NCBI GenBank assembly: GCA_047602425.1
Contig: JASGHG010000001.1
Span: 1,216,001-1,280,000 of the forward strand
Length of the DNA stretch: 64,000 bases
Direction of reading: 5' to 3'
Source of the DNA: Nibricoccus sp.
GTDB lineage: Bacteria; Verrucomicrobiota; Verrucomicrobiia; Opitutales; Opitutaceae
Below the pieces are notes generated by a model that saw nothing but the letters and a program-made list of their open reading frames with translations, did not search any database and was not told where the DNA came from. Positions 36,835 to 48,200 of the stretch are shown piece by piece (within the stretch, counting starts at the first letter, position 1; every line of letters begins with the position of its first letter). Made by a program: the position numbers and the translations under genes.

Positions 36835-37866
36835 TCAGGGTTGCGCCAGCTTGGCCGCGAGATCGCGCCTCCGTTGCAGGTACTGTTCGGTTTTTTTCAG
36901 CTCCTCGGGCGGCGTGTTCGGATCGGTACGCATTTTGGCGAGTCGCTCCTCCGTTCTCTTGATGTCGAAACCAACGGGGTCGTTAAACATGAATAGCGTG
37001 CGCTCGTGGTAGTTGTTTTGCGACTCGTAGTACTTTTCCAAGAACTGAATTTCCTCGCCGGAGAAGCCCATTTCCTTGGCCTTTTGTATCGCAGCGGCCG
37101 CGTTGAGCGCGAGCGTAGCCTGCTCTTCTTCAACCGCCTGCACGGCCTGTTCGTTACGCAAAGGTTTTCGAGGCTCGTTGAACGGCCCGCCGTAGTCCGC
37201 CAGCGTGGGCCCAGAATACGCGTTGTGCGATTGGATGAGCTCGAGGAGCGAGGCCGACCGTTCGGGAGCAATGCCAGGAAGCGAGGACTTCTTGGCAAAT
37301 TCCTCCATGAGGCTCGTTTCTTTGCGCGCCTTCCAGCCATCCTCAAAGTGCTTGTATTCGCCATATTTCTCGCCGAGCAGGCCTTTCATGCGTTTATCGT
37401 ATTCGCCTTGAGCATTGAACAATTGGACAAGGTTTTTCTTTGCATCCAACTTCGCCTGGCAGATGAGTTCAATATGTCGCAGCAATTGTTCGCGCTGTTT
37501 CGCCCCTACTCCCATCTCTACGAACATTTTTTCGTAAACGGGACCATAAACCTTCATGAATTCAGCGATCCCTTCGCGATCCATTTCTGCGCGACGTTTT
37601 ACGTAGTCCGGAATTTGCAGATCCAAGACGTAGTTGCCGAGGAGTCGTTCCTCTCGCGCAAATTTCGAAGTTTCCTCCACCGATACAGAGGGGCTCGTGG
37701 AGTTCTGCGACCTACCATCGGTTGGCAGCGACTTCTCCGTTCGTCCAGCCATGCTTGCCGCCGCAACCGGTCGCGACCGGTAAAACCAGACCATTGAGGC
37801 ACTACCGAGGGCCGCTCCCAAGCAGATCAACAGCGTGGAACGAGCGAGATTTCCCGTGGTAGCCAT
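36835..37866 (-). CDS. Hypothetical N-terminally anchored helical protein
   Basis: 343-aa ORF with N-terminal TM, Ser/Thr linker and charged helical body. Confidence 0.7.
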   Translation of the reverse strand: MATTGNLARSTLLICLGAALGSASMVWFYRSRPVAAASMAGRTEKSLPTDGRSQNSTSPSVSVEETSKFAREERLLGNYVLDLQIPDYVKRRAEMDREGIAEFMKVYGPVYEKMFVEMGVGAKQREQLLRHIELICQAKLDAKKNLVQLFNAQGEYDKRMKGLLGEKYGEYKHFEDGWKARKETSLMEEFAKKSSLPGIAPERSASLLELIQSHNAYSGPTLADYGGPFNEPRKPLRNEQAVQAVEEEQATLALNAAAAIQKAKEMGFSGEEIQFLEKYYESQNNYHERTLFMFNDPVGFDIKRTEERLAKMRTDPNTPPEELKKTEQYLQRRRDLAAKLAQP

Positions 37867-37884
37867 AAGATTGGAAAAGGTTTA

Positions 37885-38259
37885 TCAGCCACTCTGTGCT
37901 TCCGCCCTTGCATACGAGTCGAGGTGATCGACCCGCCCTTCCACATAAGAGTAGCCTGTTTCAGTAAGCGTATAATAGAAATCTACGTAGGCTCCATATA
38001 CGTTTTCCTTGTAAACCTGAGGCTTTGGAACGCCTCGCTCACAAAGTGTGAACTGACGACAACCATTTCCCTCCCAGAAAGATTCAATTTTACCTTCAGC
38101 CGTTACCCAGCTTCCCTCCACACTGGACGCAACGCTGCCCTTGCTCCCATTTTGCAGGTACATATCTTCAGTTACCTGTCATGTGGCCAAGGCAATCAAT
38201 GGCGAACCAAGAAGAACGAGGGCAAGAGGAAGCCTGAAGACTTTTGCATTCAATTTCAT
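37885..38259 (-). pseudogene. Small secreted protein interrupted by an in-frame TGA
   Basis: MKLNAKVFRLPLALVLLGSPLIALAT*QVTEDMYLQNG...; TGA at 38179-38181 in frame with the 92-aa ORF. Confidence 0.65.
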
Positions 38260-38578
38260 TTTCAGAAGGTTTTAAGGGTTATACTAACCGAACCGTGCCG
38301 CCAAAGCTGGGATGTCTCGTTTCTTGCGAGTCCTAGGGGGGGGGTGTCAACTGGAAACATGACAAAAACTTAAACCCGCCGTAGGCCGCTTTCGAGCCTT
38401 CCTGAACTTAATGCGCAACAATTCGGTGTCATCCGGCGTCATGGATTTACCCAGTGATGTCGGGTCACGTAGAAACCGAACCAAAAACCAAGCAAAAATC
38501 TTCTCCCCTTTCGAGCCTCCCGGAGTTCCAGATTAACAAACGCCCAGCTTCCTGTATTTATCCCCGCGTCCGACACCC

Positions 38579-41500
38579 ATGACCTTTCTACGTGCCGTCC
38601 TGCTGCTCAGCGCCCTCGCCTCGCCATGCTTTGCCGCCTTCACTGCCGGGCTCTCTCCCAATCTTGAAGGCCAGCTCGATCGCCCGCTGCGTTATCGCCC
38701 CGAAGGCACCGACTTTGTCATCGAGAATGGTTCTGAATTTTTCAACCGCCCACTCTACGGTGGCAACACCGCTTTTCGCGTCGACGCTGGCGACAAGCCC
38801 GAGTTTTCCCTCTATCTACCCGGTCGCGGCGGCAATCTCCGCATCGGCCTGCGTTCTTCTGCCGGTATTAAGTGGTTGATCGACGCGCAAAACATCGTCT
38901 CCCGCTACCGTCCGGGCTCGATGATCTATATGATCCGCGATCCGCTGCTCGGTGATGCCACGCTCACCCTTACCGCCCTCGCCCTCCACGATCGCGAGGG
39001 CTTGATCGTCAAAGTCGAACCATCCGACAACGCCTTGCCCGTCGAACTTGTCTGGGCCTACGGTGGCGTCACTGGTGCGCGCGGCAAACGCGACGGCGAC
39101 ATCGGTACCGAGGACGTGCCCATCGGCGCGTACTTCCAGCTCAAGCCTGAGTTTTGCCGCAACAACGTTTTCGAGCTCACACCCACTTCCTTCACCCTTC
39201 GCAGCAAGCCCGCCGTCTTCGTCGGCCTCGCCACCGGCCATACGCAGTTCGCTCTCGCCGATGCGGCCGAATGGTCCAACCTCAGCCGCCTGCTTTCCTC
39301 TGCCGACAAGTCGACAGAAATCCCCGTCGTGCTCGGCCGAACAAATCTGACATCGGGAAATTCAACCTACATTGCCATTTTGCGCGTGCCGGGAAAAACC
39401 GACGACCGCAGCGAACTCGCCACTTACCGCGAGGTGAAGGGCGAGATCAACAGCCTCACCAGCACTGAGCCAAAACCTTCCTCCCCGCCCCCGACGCTCG
39501 ACGTCGCGAATCTTCCGCAATTATTCACCGCTGCCGAGCAACACTTCGCCCAGCTTCGACAACAAATCACTATCGACACGCCTGATCCGTTTCTCAATGC
39601 CGCCGCCGGTGCCCTCAATGTCGCCGCCGATGCCGTGTGGGACGAGCCTCAAGGCGTCGTCATGCACGGCGCCATTGCCTGGCGCTCCAAGCTCCTTGGC
39701 TGGCGCGGTCCCTATTCGATGGATGCGCTCGGCTGGCATGATCGCGCGCGCCGCCACTTCATCTACTGGGCCGGCCGCCAAAACACCTCGCCGATCCCCG
39801 ACAACGTTCCGCCCGCCGACGAAAATGCCAACCTCGCCCGCAGCGAAGCCGCCCTCCACAGCAATGGCGACCTGTCGAATTCCCACTACGACATGAACCT
39901 AGTCTACATCGACGCACTCTTCCGTCATCTGCTGTGGACCGGCGATCTCGGCTTTGCGCGTCAGGTCTGGCCCGTGATCGAACGTCATCTCGCGTGGGAA
40001 CGCCGCCTCTTCCGCCGAGAATTCACCATCGCCTCCGGCGAAAAACTCCCGCTCTACGAAGCCTACGCCGCCATCTGGGCCAGCGACGACCTGCAATACC
40101 ACGGCGGTGGCACCGCGCATGCCTCGGCCTATAATTTTTATCACAATAAGATGGCCGCGCGCCTCGCCCGCCTGCTTGAAAAAGATGCCTCGCCCTACGA
40201 GCACGAAGCCGAACTGATCGCCAGAGGTATGCGCGAGCTCCTTTGGATGCCCGACAAGGGCATGTTCGCCGAGTTCAAAGACTACCTCGGTCTTCAACGC
40301 ATCCACCCCAGCGCCGCCCTTTGGACGTTTTACCATACGATCGATTCCGAAGTCACCACGCCCGAGGAAGCCGTGCAAATGAGCCGCTACGTCGACCAGG
40401 AAATACCACACATTCCCGTGCGTGGCCCTGGCGTACCCGAAAATCTCCACGTCCTTTCCACATCCAACTGGATGCCCTACACGTGGTCGATCAACAATGT
40501 CGTCATGGGCGAGATCAATCACAGCGCCCTCGCTTTCTGGCAAGCCGGCCGTGCCGACGAAGCTTATCAACTCCTCAAGAGCGCCCTGACCGCCAGTATG
40601 TTCATGGGCATCTCGCCCGGCAATGTCGGCTCGATGAATTACCTCGACGTTTACCGCCGTGAAGCCCAGCGCGATTTCGCCGATGGTTCCGGTGTCACTT
40701 CACGCGCGATCATCGAAGGCCTTTTCGGTCTTAAACCCGATTTATTGGCCGACGAATTGGCGATTGCACCAGGTTTCCCTTCCGAATGGACCCACGCACG
40801 GCTTCAACATTCGGATTTAGATTTCAGTTTCGAGCGAGAAAGCAATACCGACACTTACCGCATCGTCTCGCGCTTCCCCAAACCTGTCCGGCTTCGTGTA
40901 ACACTCTTCACAAGCCACAACGCCTCGCTCATGAGCGTCAACGCACAGCCAATCGAGCTCAACTCGCGTCACTACTCGTCTGACCGCGTCGAGTTTACCG
41001 CTCCAGCTGCCACTTCATTCGAAATCAAAATTGTCTGGTCAGAAAAATCTCTCCCCACTGCATCGCTAACCTCGCCCAAGCGTCTGGCTGTACCCCAAAA
41101 ACAAGCCAAGAAGTTCGTATCATGGGACAGTCCGATCTCCTCCGAAACCCGCCTCGACCCAGTCAACCTCGCTCCCTTCTTCAACGATTCCGTCACGCAG
41201 ATTTTCAAAAACGAATATCGCTCGCCGCGCTCGCCGTTCGCTTCGCTCGCGATTCCAAAGCAAGGTATTGGCGCTTGGGCTGGATTCGTGAATGCCACCG
41301 CCGAAATCGATGACTCCGGCCTGCGAGCCGTCACAAAAGCCAACAACGGACGCCTCGTCATGCCCAATGGCGTTCCCTTCGCCACGCCCGCCGAGGGAAA
41401 AAACATCGTCTTCACCTCACAGTGGGACAACTACCCGCGCGAAGCCACGATCCCGCTCAATGGCCACGCCTCGCATATCTTCCTTCTCATGGCTGGTTCG

Positions 41501-41863
41501 ACCAATTGGATGCAGAGCCGCATCGACAATGGCGATGTCATCGTCACCTACGTCGATGGCTCCATGGATCGCCTGGCGCTTCACAATCCTACGACGTGGT
41601 GGCCCCTCGAGCAGGACTATTTCATCGACGACTATCAGTTCAAAAACAACGCGCCGCTGCCGCCGCGTATCGACCTAAAAACCGGCAAAGTTCGCCTGCT
41701 AGATCCAAAAACCTTTAAAGGCCAGGGCCGCGAAGTCCCCGGCGGCGCCGCGACCGCTCTAAAACTCCAGCTAGATCCAAAAAAGGAACTGCGCTCACTG
41801 ACGGTGCGCACTCTCTCCAACGAAGTTGTCATCGGACTGATGTCAGCGACGCTTCTTAGATAA
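38579..41863 (+). CDS. DUF4450-family secreted protein, probable glycoside hydrolase
   Basis: Signal peptide; LRYRPEG.DFVI.NG..FNRPLYGGNTAFRVDAGD.PEF; HGAIAWR..L.GWRG; HYDMNLVYID. Confidence 0.8.
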   Translation: MTFLRAVLLLSALASPCFAAFTAGLSPNLEGQLDRPLRYRPEGTDFVIENGSEFFNRPLYGGNTAFRVDAGDKPEFSLYLPGRGGNLRIGLRSSAGIKWLIDAQNIVSRYRPGSMIYMIRDPLLGDATLTLTALALHDREGLIVKVEPSDNALPVELVWAYGGVTGARGKRDGDIGTEDVPIGAYFQLKPEFCRNNVFELTPTSFTLRSKPAVFVGLATGHTQFALADAAEWSNLSRLLSSADKSTEIPVVLGRTNLTSGNSTYIAILRVPGKTDDRSELATYREVKGEINSLTSTEPKPSSPPPTLDVANLPQLFTAAEQHFAQLRQQITIDTPDPFLNAAAGALNVAADAVWDEPQGVVMHGAIAWRSKLLGWRGPYSMDALGWHDRARRHFIYWAGRQNTSPIPDNVPPADENANLARSEAALHSNGDLSNSHYDMNLVYIDALFRHLLWTGDLGFARQVWPVIERHLAWERRLFRREFTIASGEKLPLYEAYAAIWASDDLQYHGGGTAHASAYNFYHNKMAARLARLLEKDASPYEHEAELIARGMRELLWMPDKGMFAEFKDYLGLQRIHPSAALWTFYHTIDSEVTTPEEAVQMSRYVDQEIPHIPVRGPGVPENLHVLSTSNWMPYTWSINNVVMGEINHSALAFWQAGRADEAYQLLKSALTASMFMGISPGNVGSMNYLDVYRREAQRDFADGSGVTSRAIIEGLFGLKPDLLADELAIAPGFPSEWTHARLQHSDLDFSFERESNTDTYRIVSRFPKPVRLRVTLFTSHNASLMSVNAQPIELNSRHYSSDRVEFTAPAATSFEIKIVWSEKSLPTASLTSPKRLAVPQKQAKKFVSWDSPISSETRLDPVNLAPFFNDSVTQIFKNEYRSPRSPFASLAIPKQGIGAWAGFVNATAEIDDSGLRAVTKANNGRLVMPNGVPFATPAEGKNIVFTSQWDNYPREATIPLNGHASHIFLLMAGSTNWMQSRIDNGDVIVTYVDGSMDRLALHNPTTWWPLEQDYFIDDYQFKNNAPLPPRIDLKTGKVRLLDPKTFKGQGREVPGGAATALKLQLDPKKELRSLTVRTLSNEVVIGLMSATLLR

Positions 41864-41950
41864 ATTGCGCACAACCGAAACCAGTGGAACCGACAAGATC
41901 GGCGTCCGCTCGATATTAAACGGTACGATGAGTCGTCAGCCTCAACGCAA

Positions 41951-43396
41951 TCAAGGCGCGCCGCTTGTGCGAATTTCGAAACTATCCTCGCTGATCCATA
42001 CCTTCACGTCACCGTGCAAGCCACTGACGTAGGTTGGAATTTTCCGCGTGGTGAAATATTCCCGGGCGCGCTTGCTGCGTAACGAGTACCAAAGATCCCG
42101 CGGCGAAGGCACCAAGGCGGCCTTGGGCGCCACTCGATCAAAAAATTCATTGGGAGCCAGTCCGTCCGTTCCATGATGCGGCACTTTCAACAGATCAGCC
42201 CGCAAATCGAAATCGCTCGTTGCCAGCCACGTGCCAAGCGCGGTGTTCAAGTCGCCCGTGAACAAGGCCTTGATGCGGCCGTGCCGGAGACGCAAAAGCA
42301 TGCTTGTATCATTTACATCGGTTCGGCCGATGGGAGAGTTGATCGCGTCATAGTGGCAAACGACTTCCAAAACCGAGGCCACTCCGTTCTGTGTTACTTC
42401 AACGAGCTTCTCTCCGAATTGCGGCGTCCAATATGGGATGTTGTGATCGCGGAGAAATTTCAGCATGCTTTGCACGTCGTCCCAGTTGCACCCCCAAGGT
42501 ATTTCCACGTCGGCAATTTCGCGCGAGGCGGGCAGATTGAGGACCACGCGATCGACTGTGATGCCACTATTGATGAGGTCGATCAAGCGACCGTAGTGAT
42601 CCCAATGCACGTGACTGAGCACGACCAAATCGAGATGAGCCACGCCGGCTTGCTGCAAAGAATTAAGCGCCGCACCTTGCGCGTCCCAACCTTCCGCCGC
42701 ATCGATCAAAACCTTTTTGCCATCGGGAAATTCCAATAAGTGGCAATCCGCCTGCCCTACTTTTGGACTCACGTTGAACATCGTCCAGATCGTGGCTTTT
42801 GACTGCGGCGCGGGATCCTTGCAGAACACCTTCACTTCCGACCACATGTCGGCCACCGCTTCAGAAGAAGCCAGCGAGACGGCCGCGGAAAGATCAGGCA
42901 CAGATGGAACCGCCTGCACCGCGCTGACCAGCGCCATCGGAGTCAAAACGAAATTTGTAGCGATGGCACGAGGTTCGGCCATCGTGTTAATCTGTACCGC
43001 CGACAGAGCCCGACGTCTCGTTGCGATTACTGGGGTATGGCTGCCACCCAGTGGAACCGACGTAACCTCCTTCCTCGGTGCGATGCCCCGGCTGCGCTGA
43101 ACCTCCATTGAGGCATGGAGCGCCGCGCTTCTTTCGCCAACCGTCGCCGCAGCATCGCGTGACGAAATTTCCGCAACACTGCGAGAATCCATGCGTGAAA
43201 TTTCCACCCGCTCAGCCGGTACCGCCAAAACGCGGTCAATGGCTTTTCCGGATTGGCCCACCGGCTTCAAACGGCGGATGGCCGATGTCGGCTGAGCGCT
43301 ACTTTGCCGAAAATCGGACTTTGGGTTTGGAAGATGGGCGGAGGTTAAAAGAAGGATGCCGATTCCGATGAAACCGACCGTGAAAAGTAAACGCAT
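41951..43396 (-). CDS. ComEC/Rec2-like metallo-beta-lactamase-fold hydrolase with long N-terminal extension
   Basis: VGQAD, SHVHWDHYG, NDTS, LFTGD, KVPHHG. Confidence 0.85.
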   Translation of the reverse strand: MRLLFTVGFIGIGILLLTSAHLPNPKSDFRQSSAQPTSAIRRLKPVGQSGKAIDRVLAVPAERVEISRMDSRSVAEISSRDAAATVGERSAALHASMEVQRSRGIAPRKEVTSVPLGGSHTPVIATRRRALSAVQINTMAEPRAIATNFVLTPMALVSAVQAVPSVPDLSAAVSLASSEAVADMWSEVKVFCKDPAPQSKATIWTMFNVSPKVGQADCHLLEFPDGKKVLIDAAEGWDAQGAALNSLQQAGVAHLDLVVLSHVHWDHYGRLIDLINSGITVDRVVLNLPASREIADVEIPWGCNWDDVQSMLKFLRDHNIPYWTPQFGEKLVEVTQNGVASVLEVVCHYDAINSPIGRTDVNDTSMLLRLRHGRIKALFTGDLNTALGTWLATSDFDLRADLLKVPHHGTDGLAPNEFFDRVAPKAALVPSPRDLWYSLRSKRAREYFTTRKIPTYVSGLHGDVKVWISEDSFEIRTSGAP

Positions 43397-44054
43397 GGGG
43401 AGATTTTTTGGGGTAAGGCTGCCGTTTTCGCCTTCTGCTGGACCTATAACGGCTCAATTTTTGAAAAATTTATCAAAAACTACTGCATGTCTGCCATATT
43501 CCAATCAGCAAATTTCTATTTGTATTTACCTAATATATAGCAACTTATGTACTAAATCAGCGTGTTTTATATTGCTTATAAGCAAGTACTTCGACCCTGT
43601 TTTCATATATCGTTGGCTGCCAGCTGAATCTACCTTTATTTAGGTAGCCGCCTACTAGTTTTTACGGAAATTGGTCGCCATTCCGCGCCTGCGGCTACGG
43701 GAAAAATGGCGGAAGCTCTCAATTTGAATGTCACCTGCGCATCTCAGAAATGGGTAAAATTCCGTCCTCTTTTGCCCGACCCCGCGGCTGCGATCTTCGG
43801 TTGTTTTACCTCAAGCACTTGGTTTTTGAAAGGTCGGCCCTGCGTGAGAGTCAGATACAGCAACACTTCGAAAGCGCGGAATGTCGCCCATCAATTTAAA
43901 ACGAAACGTCGGTAAATGAAGCCATCTGCGGAACATCAACTGGCCGCAAACCTAGCGAATTCGTCGGCGAAGGGCTCTTCCACGTTTGCCATTCTTTTCT
44001 GACTTCCCGGAGTTCCAGGTTTCACATTCGCCGATTTATGATACACGAGAGCCA

Positions 44055-44363
44055 ATGAAGAAAACCTTCCCTCTCAAACGGCCTGGCGTCGCCGACGCCC
44101 GTGTCGTTGATGCTGTCAAATTCGAGCTGCGCAAATATCTAAAACGCGAGCGCCGAAAAAAATTTCCTGAAGGTTTTGATCAGTGGAATTTCGCCTGCAA
44201 GGTCGGCTCGGATCAGACGGCTGCGGCAACCAAGGCCGTCGAAGAAGTTTTTTCCGCTCTCGATGCCATTGCCCAGTCCGGAAGTTCGCAGGTCTACGTC
44301 GAAATTCTCGCCAGCGCGGGCAAGCGTTTCCCGGCCAACAATACGCCAGTGCCACCAGCATAA
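44055..44363 (+). CDS. DUF6172-like small protein
   Basis: MKKTF..R..DAVK.ELRKYLKRERRK..PEG.D.W.F.CKVG...YVEILA. Confidence 0.75.
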   Translation: MKKTFPLKRPGVADARVVDAVKFELRKYLKRERRKKFPEGFDQWNFACKVGSDQTAAATKAVEEVFSALDAIAQSGSSQVYVEILASAGKRFPANNTPVPPA

Positions 44364-44421
44364 CCACCTGCCTGATTCTGGAATTGTCGAATCGCAGCAG
44401 ATTGCGAGCTCCGATATTCGA

Positions 44422-45063
44422 TCAATTTCCGACAAAGCCCAAGGCTTCCAGCTCGCTAAGATGAAACGGCGCGCTCGCAAGCACTTCTTGAAGTTTCGCC
44501 AGCGCGTCCGGCAAATTTTGTGCGTTATAGGTTGCCGCTCCGTCGTCTGAGTCGTGCAGATGAACCGTCCACGCGCCGGCGTTCATCTCATGAACAAAGC
44601 CAAAGAGATAATTCCCAGGCAGCCCCGGATGAATCCCTCCGCCCGGCACGAGAAAGAGCGAGTGCACCGGATCGTGGATGACCGCTCCGTCGTGTTTCGA
44701 GCGGTGATGCGCCGGCTTGCCCGCCACTGCGAGGCGTTTGCTTTCGGCGCGCATTCGCAGTGCGTCCGGTAGCGACGGCACGTAGCGGTCGAAAATGCGT
44801 GCATTTTTTTCGAGCGCATCGGGTGCGATCTGACCTGCGATGAGAGCTTCCAGATTTTCCGCGTGAAATGCCGGCTGCTTCGCCAGCGAGCGGGCCGTGA
44901 CGAATCCGTCCTTGTGATCCGCTGAGGCATAGACCTGCTGCGTCGAAAGCAGCCGTTTGAGCGCATCCTGATGCGTCAGCGTTCGTGGCACCGCACCGAC
45001 CGGACTGTGCTCGATCAAATCCAAAACCGCATGTTCGAACTCCGCGTGGGCATCGTGGGGCAT
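44422..45063 (-). CDS. Hypothetical protein
   Basis: 213-aa ORF filling the gap between DUF6172 and GH78; no recognised motif. Confidence 0.65.
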   Translation of the reverse strand: MPHDAHAEFEHAVLDLIEHSPVGAVPRTLTHQDALKRLLSTQQVYASADHKDGFVTARSLAKQPAFHAENLEALIAGQIAPDALEKNARIFDRYVPSLPDALRMRAESKRLAVAGKPAHHRSKHDGAVIHDPVHSLFLVPGGGIHPGLPGNYLFGFVHEMNAGAWTVHLHDSDDGAATYNAQNLPDALAKLQEVLASAPFHLSELEALGFVGN

Positions 45064-45216
45064 GCACAATGGTTAAAGTACCGCTCGCCGCATGACGAGG
45101 CCTATCTCGCGACGCGCTTTTCATCCAACGGTCAACAAGGCACGCCGTTGACGCCTGCGCCCGCGGCGATGTTGATCACCCCTGCTTCGCAATCGCCCCG
45201 CGTTTCCTTTCTTCGC

Positions 45217-48200
45217 ATGAACCCACTGAAGACCCTGCTCCCCATCCTCTGGTTTTTTCTCGCGCTGGCTGCGCCGCTCTCCGCCGCGACTGTCGCCAAA
45301 CATCTCCGCTGCGAATACCGGGTCGATCCCATGGGCATTGGCGAAACGCGTCCCCGGCTCAACTGGATCATCGCGGCCGATGAGTCCGCGCGCGGCGTGA
45401 AACAAACCGCCTTCCAAATCCTTGTTGCCTCCACGCCCGAACTTCTCGCCAAGGACAACGCCGATCTCTGGGACTCCGGCAAGGTCGCCTCCGACCGCAT
45501 GCAGGTCGAATACGCCGGCAAGCCCCTCGCCGCCCGCCAAGCCTGCGTCTGGAAAGTCCGCCTCTGGGACGAGTCCGGCCGTCCCACCGCCTGGAGCCAG
45601 CCCGCGCGTTTCTCCATCGGACTTCTCACCGTAACCGACTGGCAGGCCCAATGGATCGGCCTCGACGCCGAACCGCAATCGCTCGACGCCGCCCTCGACA
45701 ACGCCACCCGCGAAAAACTCGGCCGTCAGCCGTGGGTTTACGCCGATCTTCCCGAATCGAAAACCGGCCCGCTCTCCGCCTGCCTGCGCGGCACGTTCAC
45801 CGTCGATCCCGCTCGCAAACCCACGCAAGCGCTCCTCGCCGTCGTGCCCGACCAGCGTTGCACGGTCACGCTCAACGGCCGTGTCGTCGCTGCGCTCACG
45901 CGCTGGCAACAGCTCACACCCTTCGATGTAACCGATCAGCTCGTCACCGGCAATAACGCCATTGGTCTCGAAATCGTCCAGCACGACGGTCACCCGCCCG
46001 CCGCCCTCGGGGCTGTTTTTCTCCGGTTCGCTGACGGCACGACGCAAACCGTCGCGATCGACACGACGTGGAAATTCTCCGTCACACCCGCACCCGGCTG
46101 GACGACCGCCGACTTCGACGCCACCAATTGGAAACCCGTCGTCGCCCCACCCGCCAAACGCAACCCGTGGGATGGACCGCCGCAAACTTTCACTTACTGG
46201 CTGCCGCCCGCCGCGCAGTTGCGGAAGGATTTCGCGCTCACGAAAATCGTTCGCCGCGCCACCCTTTATGCCACCGCACTCGGCGCCTACGAGCTTCACC
46301 TCAACGGTCAACGCGTCGGCCGCGACCTGCTCACGCCCGGCTGGACCGATTTCAACAAGCGCGTGCAGTACCAAACCTACGACGTCACCGCCCAACTTCG
46401 TTCCGGGCAAAATGCCCTCGGCGCCGTCCTCGGCGACGGCTGGTATGCGAGTGTGCTCGGCTACACTGGCAAGCGGTATTTCTACGGCGGATACCCGCGG
46501 TTGCTCGCCCAACTCGACATCGAATACACCGACGGTTCGCGCGAAACTCTCGCGACCGACTCCACTTGGCGCGGCACCACGGCTGGCCCGATTCGCTCCG
46601 CTGATTTGATGCAGGGCTGCACTTTCGACGCACGTCTGAAAAACGATGATTGGGCCAACCCGAAAACCGACACGGCCGCCTGGCAACCTGTCGCCATCGG
46701 TCTTCGATCGCTCGAACCGGAAAAACCGCTCGCAAAATTCCAAATCGAGGCCGCCAACGCCGACGCCGCACGCGCCATCGAGGAACTTCCCGCCTGTTCC
46801 ATAACCGAACCACGCCCCGGAGCCTATACTTTCGACTTGGGACAAAACATCACGGGCTGGGTCCGCCTGAAAGTCTCCGGACGCCCCGGCCAGAAAATCA
46901 TGGTCCGCCATGGCGAAGCGTTGAATCCCGATGGCTCGCTCTACACTTCCAATCTCCGCGGAGCGAACGCCACCGACGTGTACTTCCCGCGCGGCGACGG
47001 CATCGAAACGCTGGAGCCATTTTCCACGTTCCACGGTTTCCGCTATGTCGAGGTCACCGGTCTCGAAACCAAACCGGCCCTCGACGCCGTCACAGGCATC
47101 GTCGTTCACTCCGCAATGGAGCGCACCGGTACCTTCGAATGTTCCAGCCCACTCGTGAACCGGCTTTTTCAAAATATCATCTGGGGCCAAAAGGGGAACT
47201 ATCTCGAAGTACCAACCGATTGCCCGCAGCGCGACGAACGCGCCGGCTGGAGTGGCGACGCGCAGTTCTTCGTTCGCACCGGCACGTACAATTTTGACGT
47301 CGCCGCCTTCATGGCCCGCTGGCTCACCACGCTCGCCGTCGACTCGCAGTTGCCCGAAGGCTCCATCGCCAACGTCGCTCCCGCTTTCGGCGGACTCTGG
47401 GCTTCGCCCGGCTGGGGCGGCGACGGCGTGATCGTCTGCGTGCACGAATTGTATCGAACTTATGGAGACACGCGCGTGATCGCTCACAACTACGACGCCA
47501 TGGCGCGCTACCTCACGTGGCTCGCCGGCGAGAAAAAGCCCGGTGGCATCCGCCTGCGCGAACTCGGGGATCACCTCAACCTCGGCGGCGGCGCCAACTT
47601 GAACGCACTTCGCGTCGCCCACCGCGCTCACCTGAACCAGCTCATGGCCGAAATGGCCGCCGCGCTCGGCCGCAACGACGACGCAGCCTCTTACTCCGCG
47701 GCCCACGCCGAGGCCAAAGCCGAGTTTCAGCGCGATTACGTTCTGCCCGACGGTTCCATCCGCGAAAGCGGCCAGACGGGTTACGCGCTCGCGTTTTCGA
47801 TGAACCTGCTCGCCGACGGAACCAAGCCGCGCGTCACGGAAAAGTTCGTCGACGAAATCAAAAAGCACAACTGGCACCTTGCCACCGGCTTCATCGGCAC
47901 GCCCCGCCTCCTGCCCGCGCTGCACCTCGCCGGTCGCGACGACGTCGCCTACAAACTTCTGCTCCAGGAAACTTTCCCCTCGTGGCTCTTTCAGGTGAAG
48001 AACGGAGCCACCACGGTCTGGGAACGTTGGGACGGCTGGACGCCCGAAAAAGGCTTCCAAACCATCGCGATGAACTCGTTCAACCACTATGCCTTTGGCT
48101 CTGTCGGCGAGTTCCTGTATCGCCAGATCGCCGGCATCGACGCCGGCTCGCCCGGCTTCCGCACCATCGTGATCCGCCCCACAATCAGCGAAGGCCTGAC

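Noticed and set aside
38458..38484. TGTCGG upstream of DUF4450
   Set aside because: No CGC at the N17 position
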